NCBI GenBank assembly: GCA_034003985.1
Contig: JAVEXP010000001.1
Coordinates: 236,190 to 300,189, forward strand
Direction of reading: 5' to 3'
Length of the DNA stretch: 64,000 nt
Origin: Patescibacteria group bacterium
GTDB taxonomy: Bacteria > Patescibacteriota > Patescibacteriia > Buchananbacterales > UBA6539
Part shown: positions 18,008 to 27,626 of the stretch, piece after piece
How positions within the stretch are numbered: position 1 is the stretch's first letter
How the letters are laid out: each line of letters opens with the position of its first letter
The notes under the pieces: generated by a model
The model's database searches: none
What the model saw: only the letters and a program-made list of their open reading frames with translations
What the model was told of the DNA's origin: nothing
Made by a program: the position numbers and the translations under genes

Positions 18008-18961
18008 TTATTTATTTGATCGCAATTTTTCCCAGGTTACCAACAGCGGACTGGCAAGAAAAATGGAAGAGTAAGTACCAACTGATATGCCGATGATCAA
18101 CGCCAGGACAAAATCGCGAATCGTTTGACCCCCAAACATCAGAATTGCAAACAAAACCAAAAGGGTGGTAAAGGAAGCATTGATTGAACGGGTGATAACT
18201 TCGTTGACGCTTTCTTCGACGATCTCTTCAAAATCCTGTCCCAAGCGCCGGACCAGATTTTCCCTGGTTCGGTCAAAAACGACAATTGTATCATTTACCG
18301 AATAACCAAGAATAGTCAGGAGGGCGGCGACAAATGGCGCATTGACTTCAATATTATAGAATTGACCTAATAGAATAAATACGCCAATGGTAATCATGAT
18401 ATCGTGGCCCAGGGCAATGACGGCGATAACCCCGTATTTCCAAGATGCCACCGGTTTTGATATTTTTCTGAAAGCCCAGGCGATGTAGACAATAATTGCC
18501 AAAATGACAATAATGGTGGCCCAGATGGTTTTTTCTCGCAATTCCTGGCCGATAACCGGACCGATTGAATCGAATTGTTTTTCTTCAAGAACCTTGGTTT
18601 GGAAATTGATGTTTATGCCCTCAAGATCAGATTCAATCTCGGGAGTATTAGGGCGCAATGACTGTTCAAGCGCGTCAATGATTTGCTGATGAGTTGTTTC
18701 ATCGATTTCTTTAAATCTTAAAATTAGCCCGGACTCACCTACTGGTTGAACGGTAATATTACCAATTCCCAATGGACTAAGAATCTCTTCAACTTTGGCG
18801 TTTGTTGGGCGGCTGACCAAAAAATCTAATTCCATCAAGGTTCCACCGGTAAAATCAATTCCCGGTTTAAGGCCGAAAATCAAAAAAGAAATGACAGACC
18901 CAAAGACTAATATACCCGATATGGAAAACCAAATTTTTCGTTTTTTAATCAAGGAAAACAT
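18008..18961 (-). CDS. secF: Protein translocase subunit SecF
   Basis: GIDFTGGT motif; 6-TM SecF topology; immediately downstream of secD. Confidence 0.88.
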   Translation of the reverse strand: MFSLIKKRKIWFSISGILVFGSVISFLIFGLKPGIDFTGGTLMELDFLVSRPTNAKVEEILSPLGIGNITVQPVGESGLILRFKEIDETTHQQIIDALEQSLRPNTPEIESDLEGININFQTKVLEEKQFDSIGPVIGQELREKTIWATIIVILAIIVYIAWAFRKISKPVASWKYGVIAVIALGHDIMITIGVFILLGQFYNIEVNAPFVAALLTILGYSVNDTIVVFDRTRENLVRRLGQDFEEIVEESVNEVITRSINASFTTLLVLFAILMFGGQTIRDFVLALIIGISVGTYSSIFLASPLLVTWEKLRSNK

Positions 18962-18963
18962 AT

Positions 18964-20676
18964 TTATTGTTTTTTCTTTGTCCCAAATAACCAGGGGCGG
19001 TTTAAGAATTTTATTCCCAAAATAATGTTTAGCAGGGATTTAGTCACAATCATGGCTGAAAACATGCTGATTAGAATACCAATAGATAAAGTGACGGCAA
19101 ATCCCTTGACTAAACTGGTGGTAAATCCCATCAGGATAAAACAAGTAATCAGAGTTGAGATATTGCCGTCAAAAATTGACGGCCAGGCTCTTTTGAATCC
19201 TTCATTTAGAGCAATGGTTAGGGGTTTGCCATTCTTTATTTCTTCTTTAAATCTTTCAAAAATCAGAATATTGGCGTCGACGGCCATACCGATGGATAAA
19301 ATAAAACCAGCAATTCCAGCCAAGGTCAGGGTTACCGGAATCATTTTAAAAACTGCCAGGATTATCAAGCCGTATATTAGCAGACTAGATACCGCCAACA
19401 GTCCGGGCAAGCGATAATAAAGAATCATGAAAATTGAAATAAGAATCAGGCCAATAATCCCGGCTCGCAGGCTTTTGGTAACTGACTCGTTGCCTAGTGA
19501 AGCACCAATAGTTTGCTGGGATATTAGATTAATCGGCACTGGCAAGGCGCCGGCGTTCAGGCGCTGAGCCAACAGTTTGGCTTCACTGATTGTAAAATTG
19601 CCGCTAATTACCGCCCGGCCGTCTGTAATTGCACTTTGGACAGTTGGCGTACTGATTGCGGTGCCGTCCAGAAAAATGGCAACCGGTCGGCCAATATTGT
19701 TTTTGGTGATTTCACCGAATAAATCTTTGCCCTCGTTATTGAATTCCAAAGCGACTTGCGGTGCCTGGGTATTGGGATCAAATTCAACCTGCGCTTTTTT
19801 GAGCTGAGTCCCGGTTAGTCCGGTGTATAGCCATTCATCATTCGGTGAACGGTAGTAGTCCGGGGTTCTTTTAAGAATTAGAATATGACGACAGCGGGTT
19901 TGAAAGTTTCCCGACTCATCTTCTTGTTCGGCTTCTTTTTTGATAATATGGTAACCAAAATCGGTTTCCACTAATTGAGGGGCAATTTGACCGACGGTTA
20001 GATCGTCAAAACAGCCTTTTTCGAACTCCGGAACAAACATTCCTCGGCTGACAAACCCCAGATCCCCTCCCTCGGTGGCGCTGCCGGCGTCTTCGCTTTG
20101 ATTTTTGGCAATTTCGGCAAATTGATCGGGGTTTTTAACAACCTCATTAAGAATATTTTGAGCCTTGGTAAGGGCTTGAGTATTATAATTATTTAGCTCT
20201 TGTTGCTGTTCGGGGGCAATATCAACGGTGGGATTCGGATTTAGCTCCTTGAATTCCAATAGCGGTGTTTCGCCAATCATACCGATGGCCTGATTAACAT
20301 CGGTGACCCCCGCTAATTCGACAATAATTCGCCAGCTATCCCCGGCTTTGGTAGTTTGAACCAAGGGTTCGGCCACGCCAAAAGAGTTTACTCGCCGTTC
20401 AATAACATCTCGGACTCCTTCAACGGCGCTATTGGCTTCTGAATTTGGTATCTGCGAAAGGTCGGCTTCATAAATCAAGTGGGTGCCACCTTGTAAGTCC
20501 AACCCCAAATGAAAAGGCAGGTCAAAGAAATCAGGAAGGGGTAGTCCAGTTTTTTTGATTTGACCGGAAAAATCTAAAAAGATTGCCAGTACGGTGATAA
20601 TGACAATCCCTAAGAAAGTCAAGCGATTTTTGTTTCTTTGTCCTATCATATTATAGAGATAAAAACATTTTAGCAA
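18964..20676 (-). CDS. secD: Protein translocase subunit SecD carrying an inserted parvulin-type PPIase-like segment in the periplasmic head
   Basis: SecD TM core (GLDLQGG..., C-terminal 6 TM). The insert DLGFVSRGMFVPEFEKGCFDDLTVGQIAPQLVETDFGYHIIKKE...RCRHILILK matches parvulin motifs. Confidence 0.85.
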   Translation of the reverse strand: MLKCFYLYNMIGQRNKNRLTFLGIVIITVLAIFLDFSGQIKKTGLPLPDFFDLPFHLGLDLQGGTHLIYEADLSQIPNSEANSAVEGVRDVIERRVNSFGVAEPLVQTTKAGDSWRIIVELAGVTDVNQAIGMIGETPLLEFKELNPNPTVDIAPEQQQELNNYNTQALTKAQNILNEVVKNPDQFAEIAKNQSEDAGSATEGGDLGFVSRGMFVPEFEKGCFDDLTVGQIAPQLVETDFGYHIIKKEAEQEDESGNFQTRCRHILILKRTPDYYRSPNDEWLYTGLTGTQLKKAQVEFDPNTQAPQVALEFNNEGKDLFGEITKNNIGRPVAIFLDGTAISTPTVQSAITDGRAVISGNFTISEAKLLAQRLNAGALPVPINLISQQTIGASLGNESVTKSLRAGIIGLILISIFMILYYRLPGLLAVSSLLIYGLIILAVFKMIPVTLTLAGIAGFILSIGMAVDANILIFERFKEEIKNGKPLTIALNEGFKRAWPSIFDGNISTLITCFILMGFTTSLVKGFAVTLSIGILISMFSAMIVTKSLLNIILGIKFLNRPWLFGTKKKQ

Positions 20677-20705
20677 ACAGTCTATTTTTTTTCAAGTCCG
20701 GGGTT

Positions 20706-22121
20706 TTAGTCGTTTTTTTGTTTTCTAAGGATATAATAACGGTTGTTGATTTCAATTAGTTCGTATTTTTTAGTTTGTTGATAAGCTTCCAGATATCGGT
20801 CAAAGCTTTCCTGGCTCGGAAAGCCAAATAAGTCCTGGCTGTCCATAATAACATAGTCAGCCAGTGTCTTTTCTTCCCCAGTCATTGCAATTGATTCCCG
20901 GTGAGTAAGATGAGCAACTAAATTGGTTTGAGCGGCCACGGAGGCGTCCGGTGGTATTAAACTAATGATTTTTTGATAGTCTTTGATTTTTGGATCAATA
21001 AATTTTTTCCAAGGGAAATTGATTGGGCTCAGCGGTGAGGTCCAAGCCATGGCAAAAATTGCCGTGGCAACCAAGCATTTGGTCGTGGTTTTTGACCATT
21101 GATTTCTGGCTTGAAATTTAGCAATAGCAATTACGGTTCCAATAAAAATGAACGGTATAAGAATGCTGTCATATTGATAGAAATTAACATATTGCAGTTG
21201 GAAGTTGGTCAGGAGGTTTTGCAATAGTCCGGGAGTCAAAAGAATTAGGCCGTCTAGGCTTAGTAAGGCAAGAAATCCGACAGGCAGGAATAATTTGATT
21301 AGGTAAGTAAATTTGCTCCAGGCAAATATTGTCTGCCAGGTCAGAGCCGGTTGAGTGATAACATTGATAATTATTTCACTGGCGTTGCCGCCAAATTGTG
21401 AATAGCGATCAAGTCGGACGATTCCTCCACCAAACCAGGGCATAATTATTTTGGCTACTAAGATAAAATAAATCAGGCTTAAAATTGAAACGGCCGCACC
21501 ATATTTTTGATTTTTAAAAAAAAGAATATATATCCCGACGAAGAAAACCGCTACAATCATATTTTCGGCAACGCTAGCAGTAAAAATTAAAAAAACCGAT
21601 GTCCAAAAATATTTTTTTTCTTCTAGGAAATAGAAGGCGGTAAATATTAACGGGATGGCGAACGGCACAGCGTGAAAATCAAACAAGTTGACCCATTGGA
21701 GTGATGGATGAATCAGATATAACCCGGCGATCAAAGTGCCAGCGGATTGGCCGATGATTTTTCGGGCGTAGAGGTAAAGTGGCCAAGCACCGAGGGCAAG
21801 AGCTAATGATTGAATAATTAAAAGCAGATAAGGACTTTGCCAAAAATAGTAGAACGGTACAATTAAAAATAGAAAAGGACTGAAATGAATGGCAAAGTGA
21901 CTTCCATTTTCAAAATTATTGAACATTATTTTACCGTGGACGGTATTGTAAAAAGATTGTTCAAATACCGCCAAATCCCAGGTTTGAGTTTGAAAAGTGT
22001 AGTGTCTGGCGCAACTAATCAGCGAGAATACTAAAAAATACAGCAGTGTAATAATAATAATTTTTTTGTATTTTTTGATAATCTTTCCCATACACAGGTT
22101 TTTCACAAAAAAACTTGACAA
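20706..22121 (-). CDS. DUF2079-family polytopic membrane protein (putative GT-C-like envelope glycosyltransferase)
   Basis: RHYTFQTQTWDLAVFEQSFYN...HFAIHFSPFLFL N-terminal signature. More than 10 TM segments and a C-terminal soluble domain. Confidence 0.55.
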   Translation of the reverse strand: MSSFFVKNLCMGKIIKKYKKIIIITLLYFLVFSLISCARHYTFQTQTWDLAVFEQSFYNTVHGKIMFNNFENGSHFAIHFSPFLFLIVPFYYFWQSPYLLLIIQSLALALGAWPLYLYARKIIGQSAGTLIAGLYLIHPSLQWVNLFDFHAVPFAIPLIFTAFYFLEEKKYFWTSVFLIFTASVAENMIVAVFFVGIYILFFKNQKYGAAVSILSLIYFILVAKIIMPWFGGGIVRLDRYSQFGGNASEIIINVITQPALTWQTIFAWSKFTYLIKLFLPVGFLALLSLDGLILLTPGLLQNLLTNFQLQYVNFYQYDSILIPFIFIGTVIAIAKFQARNQWSKTTTKCLVATAIFAMAWTSPLSPINFPWKKFIDPKIKDYQKIISLIPPDASVAAQTNLVAHLTHRESIAMTGEEKTLADYVIMDSQDLFGFPSQESFDRYLEAYQQTKKYELIEINNRYYILRKQKND

Positions 22122-22206
22122 GGGTTTTGGTTTTTTTCAAAAAAAAATGACTTAAAAAACACGGTGGATAACTTTAATGCGCCGAAATTTATTCTGAATA
22201 CAATTT

Positions 22207-22809
22207 TTATTCATTGGCTATTTGTTTAATAAAATCAGCCAGTTTTTTTAAGCCCAAAGATCGATGACTGATTTTATTTTTTTGAAACTTTGTCATTTGG
22301 GCAAAAGTTTTCTTTTGACCAATGGGCAAAAAGATGGAATCATAAGGTAAGTGCTTGGCAATTTTACCTCGCGGCGTCTTGGTTAAATTCCCTTTAATTT
22401 TTCCTTCAAAAGTATAAATTTTTCCGTTTGGAGAAGTTAAAGCCACAACGGTTTTAAAATAAGCTTGCCGGTTTTGTTGCGGCAGGTCTTTTAATTTTTT
22501 TAGAGTGAAATCAATCAGACCTTTGCCATTAACATTTTTTCCGGCCCAACGGGCGGTGTGAACGCCTGGGCGATTTTTTAAGGCCTTGATAAATAATCCG
22601 GTGTCGTCGGCCAAAGACCACTGCTTAGTTCTTGTGGAAACATATTTGGCTTTTTTGACGGCATTGGCTTTTAAAGTTTTACCGTCTTCATTGACTTGGC
22701 CAACTATCCCGGCTTGGGTACTACTGACTATATCAAGGTTCGTATTTTTAAGAATTTTTTTTATTTCCTTTAGCTTTCCTTGGTTGGCAGTCGCAATAAT
22801 TATTTTCAT
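22207..22809 (-). CDS. rdgB: Non-canonical purine NTP pyrophosphatase (RdgB/Ham1 family)
   Basis: MKIIIATANQGKLKE N-terminus; ...DDTGL...; 200 aa. Confidence 0.8.
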   Translation of the reverse strand: MKIIIATANQGKLKEIKKILKNTNLDIVSSTQAGIVGQVNEDGKTLKANAVKKAKYVSTRTKQWSLADDTGLFIKALKNRPGVHTARWAGKNVNGKGLIDFTLKKLKDLPQQNRQAYFKTVVALTSPNGKIYTFEGKIKGNLTKTPRGKIAKHLPYDSIFLPIGQKKTFAQMTKFQKNKISHRSLGLKKLADFIKQIANE

Positions 22810-23210
22810 ATTTTAAAATTGGCAATAATGCCGAAAGCTTCGGCCGTTTGAACTAGCTTGATTGGTTTGATCAAATTTCTAACTTCTATCGCGGCTTTGA
22901 CTCTTCGGCCATACCCAATGGCTTCAATTTCGGTGGTACTTGCTGTCTTGAAATAATAATAATTTAAACACAAATTTTGGTGACGCGATATTTCAATCAA
23001 TTCTTCTAACCAGTCAGTTAGTAAGCTTTTAAAGTCTTTGGTTTTGATCCTGATTTTCTTTTTAATTTCATATTCACTTATTTCAATTTGTCGGGGGTAG
23101 ACGAATGTCATTAACGCTAATGCCGAGTTGGATAATAATTCTTGACGGTTAAACCCAAAAGCCTGAATTTTTAAATTTTTTTGATCATCAATAAAAATAA
23201 AGTCAGTCAT
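22806..23210 (-). CDS. Archease-like protein
   Basis: 134 aa. N-terminal F.F.D...AFGFNRQELLSNSALALM pattern resembling the archease HTADIG...ELF.NAA..L region. 4-nt overlap with rdgB. Confidence 0.4.
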   Translation of the reverse strand: MTDFIFIDDQKNLKIQAFGFNRQELLSNSALALMTFVYPRQIEISEYEIKKKIRIKTKDFKSLLTDWLEELIEISRHQNLCLNYYYFKTASTTEIEAIGYGRRVKAAIEVRNLIKPIKLVQTAEAFGIIANFKI

Positions 23211-23243
23211 AGTTATTTCATTATAGCATATTAGCTATTAAAA

Positions 23244-23272
23244 AAATCCGGTCGACGAAACCGGATTTTTCA
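23244..23272. terminator. Hairpin TCCGGT-N8-ACCGGA with flanking A7/T5 runs
   Basis: aaaaaaatccggtcgacgaaaccggatttttc directly downstream of the SPFH gene (minus strand). Confidence 0.55.
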
Positions 23273-23278
23273 AAATGA

Positions 23279-23839
23279 TTAATACACTTCTTTGAGGAGG
23301 ACATTTTCAACAAATATGCCGCGAGGATACAAGATTCTTTCTAATTCTTGGCGAGAGTTAATTTCAACATCGGCTCGGTGAGTGGCGGTGATTTCTTTCA
23401 GATCGTACTTTGCGGCAATCATTCGAAGTCGGCTTTGGATGGTAGGACGGACTATCTTTTCGACAAACTTTTCGCCAATGCTTTGCCAAATTTCAGGAAT
23501 CTGTTCCTGATCTAGTCGTAGCAGAATTGTTCCTTCAATAGAAACTTTTTTTCCATCCTTGGTGGTGGCAATGATTGGTTGATCACCTAGCATCTCAGGC
23601 CGATCAGTATCAAATTTTTTGCTAATGTCATACTCCAGGGTTTGGGTGTTGAATAATTTCGCTTTTTGCCAGAACGGTATTTTTAGATGTAATCCCGGTT
23701 TATAAATTTTTTTCAATACTCCCCTGCCCAAATCATAAACGCAGCCAACATAGCCGGGAGGAACATGAATAAAAAATCCTTTTAGAACATCTTCGACTAC
23801 AAACGAATACATTAGTTTATCAATACCTTCATCGGACAT
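23279..23839 (-). CDS. SPFH/band-7 (prohibitin-like) domain protein
   Basis: 186 aa. PGYVGCVYDLGRGVLKKIYKPGLHLKIPFWQKAKLFNTQTLEYD matches the SPFH N-terminal fold motifs. No TM anchor. Confidence 0.6.
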   Translation of the reverse strand: MSDEGIDKLMYSFVVEDVLKGFFIHVPPGYVGCVYDLGRGVLKKIYKPGLHLKIPFWQKAKLFNTQTLEYDISKKFDTDRPEMLGDQPIIATTKDGKKVSIEGTILLRLDQEQIPEIWQSIGEKFVEKIVRPTIQSRLRMIAAKYDLKEITATHRADVEINSRQELERILYPRGIFVENVLLKEVY

Positions 23840-23848
23840 ATTTTTAAT

Positions 23849-24568
23849 TTAATTATTGGATTTTTTGGTCTGTTTGATTGAAAATTTAACCAAGGCGGTG
23901 ATTGAAGATATTATAGAAGAAAATACCAAGGATGTCAAAATAAAGATTGACTTTACGGAAGGCAAAATCGCCAACAAAACAAAGATTGAAGCGGGAAATA
24001 GGAGACTGTAAAGTTGCTCCTGTTTGGAAACTCTGCCGCGGCGTTCCCAAAAATTAATCAGGATTTCCGCAAAAAGATAGCCGGCGACAACCGCCGCCAT
24101 AAAGAGATTATGTTGGCCGATGTCTAAAAATAAAAATTTGGTATTAATAAAGTCCGGACGAGTGATGCTGGGATAAAGCAGATGAAGCTTGGCTTCACTG
24201 TTTATTCCTCCGACAAAAACTTGATAAAGCAAAACCAAGACCAAAAATTGCACTCCTAAAACAATGGCTTTGGCCCAAGGATGAAGCTTTCTTTTTTTTA
24301 AAGCCAGTCTGATCAGTTCTTTTTGCTTGACGGTATCACCGGTAAAATCTTTTCTAATCTTGGAAATTTCCTCCGATAATTGACTGCCGACAATTTTACT
24401 TTTCTCCGTCAGGATGGTGAATGGCAATAAAGCGATTCGCAGCATAATGGTGAGAATAATGACTGCCAATCCCAAATTAAAAAAGGCGTAGTTGATATAC
24501 AACCAAACCAAAAAATTAAACAGTGGTATATAGAGGTAGTATTCCCAAATGTAGGAAAATATTTCCAT
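23849..24568 (-). CDS. yidC: Membrane protein insertase YidC (short YidC/Oxa1 type)
   Basis: NLGLAVIILTIMLRIALLPFTI core. Start moved to MEIFSYIW (24568) because the ORF-track N-terminus overlaps tRNA-Gln. Confidence 0.8.
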   Translation of the reverse strand: MEIFSYIWEYYLYIPLFNFLVWLYINYAFFNLGLAVIILTIMLRIALLPFTILTEKSKIVGSQLSEEISKIRKDFTGDTVKQKELIRLALKKRKLHPWAKAIVLGVQFLVLVLLYQVFVGGINSEAKLHLLYPSITRPDFINTKFLFLDIGQHNLFMAAVVAGYLFAEILINFWERRGRVSKQEQLYSLLFPASIFVLLAILPSVKSIFILTSLVFSSIISSITALVKFSIKQTKKSNN

Positions 24569-24595
24569 GTAATTGTTTTTCTTTCCTCGCCACAG

Positions 24596-24666
24596 CTCGG
24601 AGGCCAGGGCTCGAACCTGGATTGACGGGACCAAAACCCGCTGTCCTACCATTAGACGACCTCCGA
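24596..24666 (-). tRNA. tRNA-Gln (anticodon TTG)
   Basis: Manual fold: acceptor TCGGAGG/CCTCCGA, D-arm GTCT/GGAC, anticodon stem GCGGG/CCCGT with loop TTTTGGT, T-arm CCAGG-TTCGAGC-CCTGG, discriminator G. CCA not encoded. Confidence 0.8.
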
Positions 24667-24742
24667 ACAGTGGCGCCGAAATTATTACAACCGTTAACTT
24701 TAATGTAAAACTGCCGTTTTGTCAATTCGCCGTCTTTTCGTT

Positions 24743-25660
24743 TTAAACTTTCAGGTATCTTCTAATGGCAATGCTGCTAGTGATGATATTTAACAAAATT
24801 ATTATTAACAGTTCAACACCGAATATCTGCCAAAAATTATGGTTGAAATAGGCAATAATATCAAGTTGGTCGGTTAAGAAAAAATTGTTGATATAAGGCT
24901 GAATGAGATTAAGGAATGGATAAATAATTGACAATGATATCGCTAGAGCGATTAGACCGTAGAAGGCACCTTCAATGATGAACGGCGCGCGGATAAAATG
25001 ATCGGTAGCACCGACCAATTTCATGATGGCGATTTCTTGCCGATGGGTATAGATTGCCACCCGAATAGTATTAAAAACAATCAATAATGAAATAACAATG
25101 AAGATTCCAGAAGTGAACAAGGCGATGGTTTTAATATTATCCGAAAAGCTTTTAATTTTTTCAATGTAGGTTTGATTGTCGTCAAAATTTTTATCCAGAA
25201 TGAGATCGTTGTATTTTGAATCATTAACAATGTCGATTATCTCCGGGTAATCCTCAATATTTTTAGCTTTAATTTGGAGAGTGGCGCCGATAGGATTCTC
25301 AGACAGCTCGTTTAGAGATTCAATTATAGTCGGATCATCTTTATGGGCTTGTTTGAAATTTTCCAAAGCTTGCTGTTGCGAGATATAAGTCAGATCTTTA
25401 ACCTGGGTTAAAGATGACAGATAAGTTTCAACTTCCGAAACTTGTATTTCTGTGACATCAGGTCGAAAATATAAACTGACATCAATTTTATTTTTAATGA
25501 TTTCAATCGCGGAGTCGGTTACCACATTGATTATCAGCAAAAAATTGATGGAGACTGCCGCTAGAACAATAATGCTCAAAGTAACCAATGATAGCCAAAA
25601 GTTACGCCAAAAACTTTGCCAGGCAAAAGCTAAGATTCGGTAGATGGAATAGAATGTCAT
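24743..25660 (-). CDS. ftsX: Cell division permease FtsX
   Basis: 4-TM FtsX topology with a large periplasmic loop; immediately downstream of ftsE. Confidence 0.85.
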   Translation of the reverse strand: MTFYSIYRILAFAWQSFWRNFWLSLVTLSIIVLAAVSINFLLIINVVTDSAIEIIKNKIDVSLYFRPDVTEIQVSEVETYLSSLTQVKDLTYISQQQALENFKQAHKDDPTIIESLNELSENPIGATLQIKAKNIEDYPEIIDIVNDSKYNDLILDKNFDDNQTYIEKIKSFSDNIKTIALFTSGIFIVISLLIVFNTIRVAIYTHRQEIAIMKLVGATDHFIRAPFIIEGAFYGLIALAISLSIIYPFLNLIQPYINNFFLTDQLDIIAYFNHNFWQIFGVELLIIILLNIITSSIAIRRYLKV

Positions 25661-25663
25661 ATT

Positions 25664-26344
25664 TTAGAGGAGGTACTTGCCGACTTTTTGGTCCGAGATT
25701 ATTTTCCCATTGTCGAGAGTGACGACTCGTCTGCTGATTGAATTTACAACTTCTCGATTATGAGTGACCAAAACGACGGTGGTGCCAAATTCATTAATTT
25801 TTAAAAGCAAGTCAATTATTTCCTTGGTGTTAAAAGAATCCAGGTTGCCAGTTGGTTCATCGGCGATCAGAATTTTTGGCCGGTGGACCAAAGCCCGGGC
25901 AATGGCCACTCGCTGCTGTTCTCCGCCGGAAAGCTGAATGGGATAGCGATTTTCTTTGTTGGTTAAGCTGACTATTTTAATGACCTGGGGGACAATTTCT
26001 TTGATTTTATAGCGCTGAGCACCTGAGACTTGTAGGGCGAAGGCGACATTTTCAAAAACGGTTTTTTTAGGAAGGAGCTTGAAATCTTGAAAAACTACTC
26101 CGATTTGCCGGCGTAAAATTGGTATCTCGGATTCTCGGATAGTGGTAATATCCCAGCCGCCGATAATGATATTGCCTTTGGTTGCTTTTTCTTCGGCGGT
26201 TAGCATTTTCATCAAGGTAGTTTTGCCGGTACCACTGCGGCCAACAATAGAGACAAATTCTTTGGGTTTAATGTGCAAATTGACATTATCAACGGCCACA
26301 ATATCCGGATTGTATATTTTGCTTACATTCTTGAAGATTATCAT
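25664..26344 (-). CDS. ftsE: Cell division ATP-binding protein FtsE
   Basis: ABC ATPase motifs [36 protein letters not shown]; 226 aa. Confidence 0.88.
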   Translation of the reverse strand: MIIFKNVSKIYNPDIVAVDNVNLHIKPKEFVSIVGRSGTGKTTLMKMLTAEEKATKGNIIIGGWDITTIRESEIPILRRQIGVVFQDFKLLPKKTVFENVAFALQVSGAQRYKIKEIVPQVIKIVSLTNKENRYPIQLSGGEQQRVAIARALVHRPKILIADEPTGNLDSFNTKEIIDLLLKINEFGTTVVLVTHNREVVNSISRRVVTLDNGKIISDQKVGKYLL

Positions 26345-26351
26345 TTAAGCT

Positions 26352-26380
26352 TTTGCTATTTTTTAGATTTTTGTTTATAA
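26352..26380 (+). promoter_or_regulatory. Promoter TTGCTA-17-TATAAT for the tRNA-Gly/tRNA-Thr pair
   Basis: tttgctattttttagatttttgtttataat, about 14 nt upstream of the tRNA-Gly 5' end. Confidence 0.5.
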
Positions 26381-26394
26381 TGCTAGATGAATTT

Positions 26395-26467
26395 TGCGGA
26401 TGTAGTTCAGCTGGTAGAACGTCTGCTTCCCAAGCAGAAGATCGCGGGTTCGAATCCCGTCATCCGC
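26395..26467 (+). tRNA. tRNA-Gly (anticodon CCC)
   Basis: Acceptor GCGGATG/CATCCGC, D-arm GTTC-AGCTGGTA-GAAC, anticodon stem TCTGC/GCAGA with loop TTCCCAA, T-arm GCGGG-TTCGAAT-CCCGT. Confidence 0.85.
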
Positions 26468-26476
26468 TTTGACCCG

Positions 26477-26550
26477 CGCCAACGTAGCTCAGCTGGTAGA
26501 GCAGTCCCTTCGTAAGGGAAAGGTCGTGAGTTCGAATCTCACCGTTGGCT
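26477..26550 (+). tRNA. tRNA-Thr (anticodon CGT)
   Basis: Acceptor GCCAACG/CGTTGGC, D-arm GCTC-AGCTGGTA-GAGC, anticodon loop TTCGTAA, T-arm GTGAG-TTCGAAT-CTCAC. Closely parallels E. coli tRNA-Thr(CGT). Confidence 0.85.
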
Positions 26551-26558
26551 CTGATTGA

Positions 26559-27620
26559 TCAAAGTCTGGCCAGCCGCCAGATTTTTTTGGTATTTTTAAG
26601 TTCATTAATGTAACCGTCAAGATCTTTTCCTCGGATTAAAATATGTCGAGCCCGGATTTGAGAAACATCGCCGGAGTCATCCATTAATTTTTCTTCAACT
26701 TTTATTACATGATACCCGAATTTTGTTTTGATAATCGGACTAATTTCTCCCGGTTCAAGATTAAAGGCCGCCTGTTCGAATTCTTCGGTCATCTGGCCGA
26801 TACTGAAATAACCAAGGTCTCCGCCTTGAACTCCCGTAATATCTTCACTGTACTGTTGAGCTACAGTTTCAAAATTGACGCCAGCTTGAAGTTTAGTGAT
26901 AACCGCTTCAATGGTTTTTTTGGCCTGCTGATTGAGATTATCGTCAGTCGCTACCACCCGCGATAATTTGTCTTTCAGGAGCAATGGTTTAATGATTTCA
27001 TTTTGAAATTCGGTGATATTCCAACCGTAAAGTTCATTGATCTGTTGTTCCAGTCCTTGGGAGCTGCCAACTTCATCAATCAATTTTTGCGTTTGTTGAT
27101 CAATGTCTTGGGAGGTGACTTCAATTTGGTAACTGTTAGATATTTGATCCATGATTTTGCGATCAATCATCCTTTCCATGATATGGCGCTGGATTTCCAA
27201 AATGGTCGGTACTGCCATGTCGGGATTTTTAATTTTTTCCCGCTGATAGAAATTTGTTAAGGTGGCTATTTGGTTTTGCCATTCATAATAAGGCAGTGGC
27301 TGATAGTCCACAATAGCCACTGGGTATGGGATTATTTTGGTAATTTTTGAGATTATTGGATTGGACCATTTAAAATAGCACAAGCTAAAACCAAATGCTA
27401 TAAAGACCAACGGAATGCCAACGGCTAAAGCAATAACGATGTATTTTATTTTGGCATTGTGGCGGAAAGGTGAAGACATTGGAGGTCTCGGAGTTGGTGA
27501 CAGCTTGGTAGTTTGAATTTTAGTATTGGTTTTTTTGGCATCAACCCATTTTAAAACAGCAGCGCGGAGATGGTCAATCTCGGCATCTTGGATATTTTCT
27601 TTTTGGTTTGGTAGTAACAT
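26559..27620 (-). CDS. Membrane-anchored parvulin-type peptidyl-prolyl isomerase (PrsA/PpiD-like foldase)
   Basis: N-terminal TM (IVIALAVGIPLVFIAFGF). C-terminal GGDLGYFSIGQMTEEFEQAAFNLEPGEISPIIKTKFGYHVIKVEE followed by ARHILIRGKD. Confidence 0.8.
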   Translation of the reverse strand: MLLPNQKENIQDAEIDHLRAAVLKWVDAKKTNTKIQTTKLSPTPRPPMSSPFRHNAKIKYIVIALAVGIPLVFIAFGFSLCYFKWSNPIISKITKIIPYPVAIVDYQPLPYYEWQNQIATLTNFYQREKIKNPDMAVPTILEIQRHIMERMIDRKIMDQISNSYQIEVTSQDIDQQTQKLIDEVGSSQGLEQQINELYGWNITEFQNEIIKPLLLKDKLSRVVATDDNLNQQAKKTIEAVITKLQAGVNFETVAQQYSEDITGVQGGDLGYFSIGQMTEEFEQAAFNLEPGEISPIIKTKFGYHVIKVEEKLMDDSGDVSQIRARHILIRGKDLDGYINELKNTKKIWRLARL

Positions 27621-27626
27621 ATTGGT

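Noticed and set aside
24516-24725. 69-aa minus-strand and 61-aa plus-strand ORFs (24516..24725, 24523..24708)
   Set aside because: Both overlap tRNA-Gln (24596..24666). The ORF-track N-terminus of yidC (24569..24652) likewise overlaps the tRNA, so yidC was trimmed to the internal Met at 24568.
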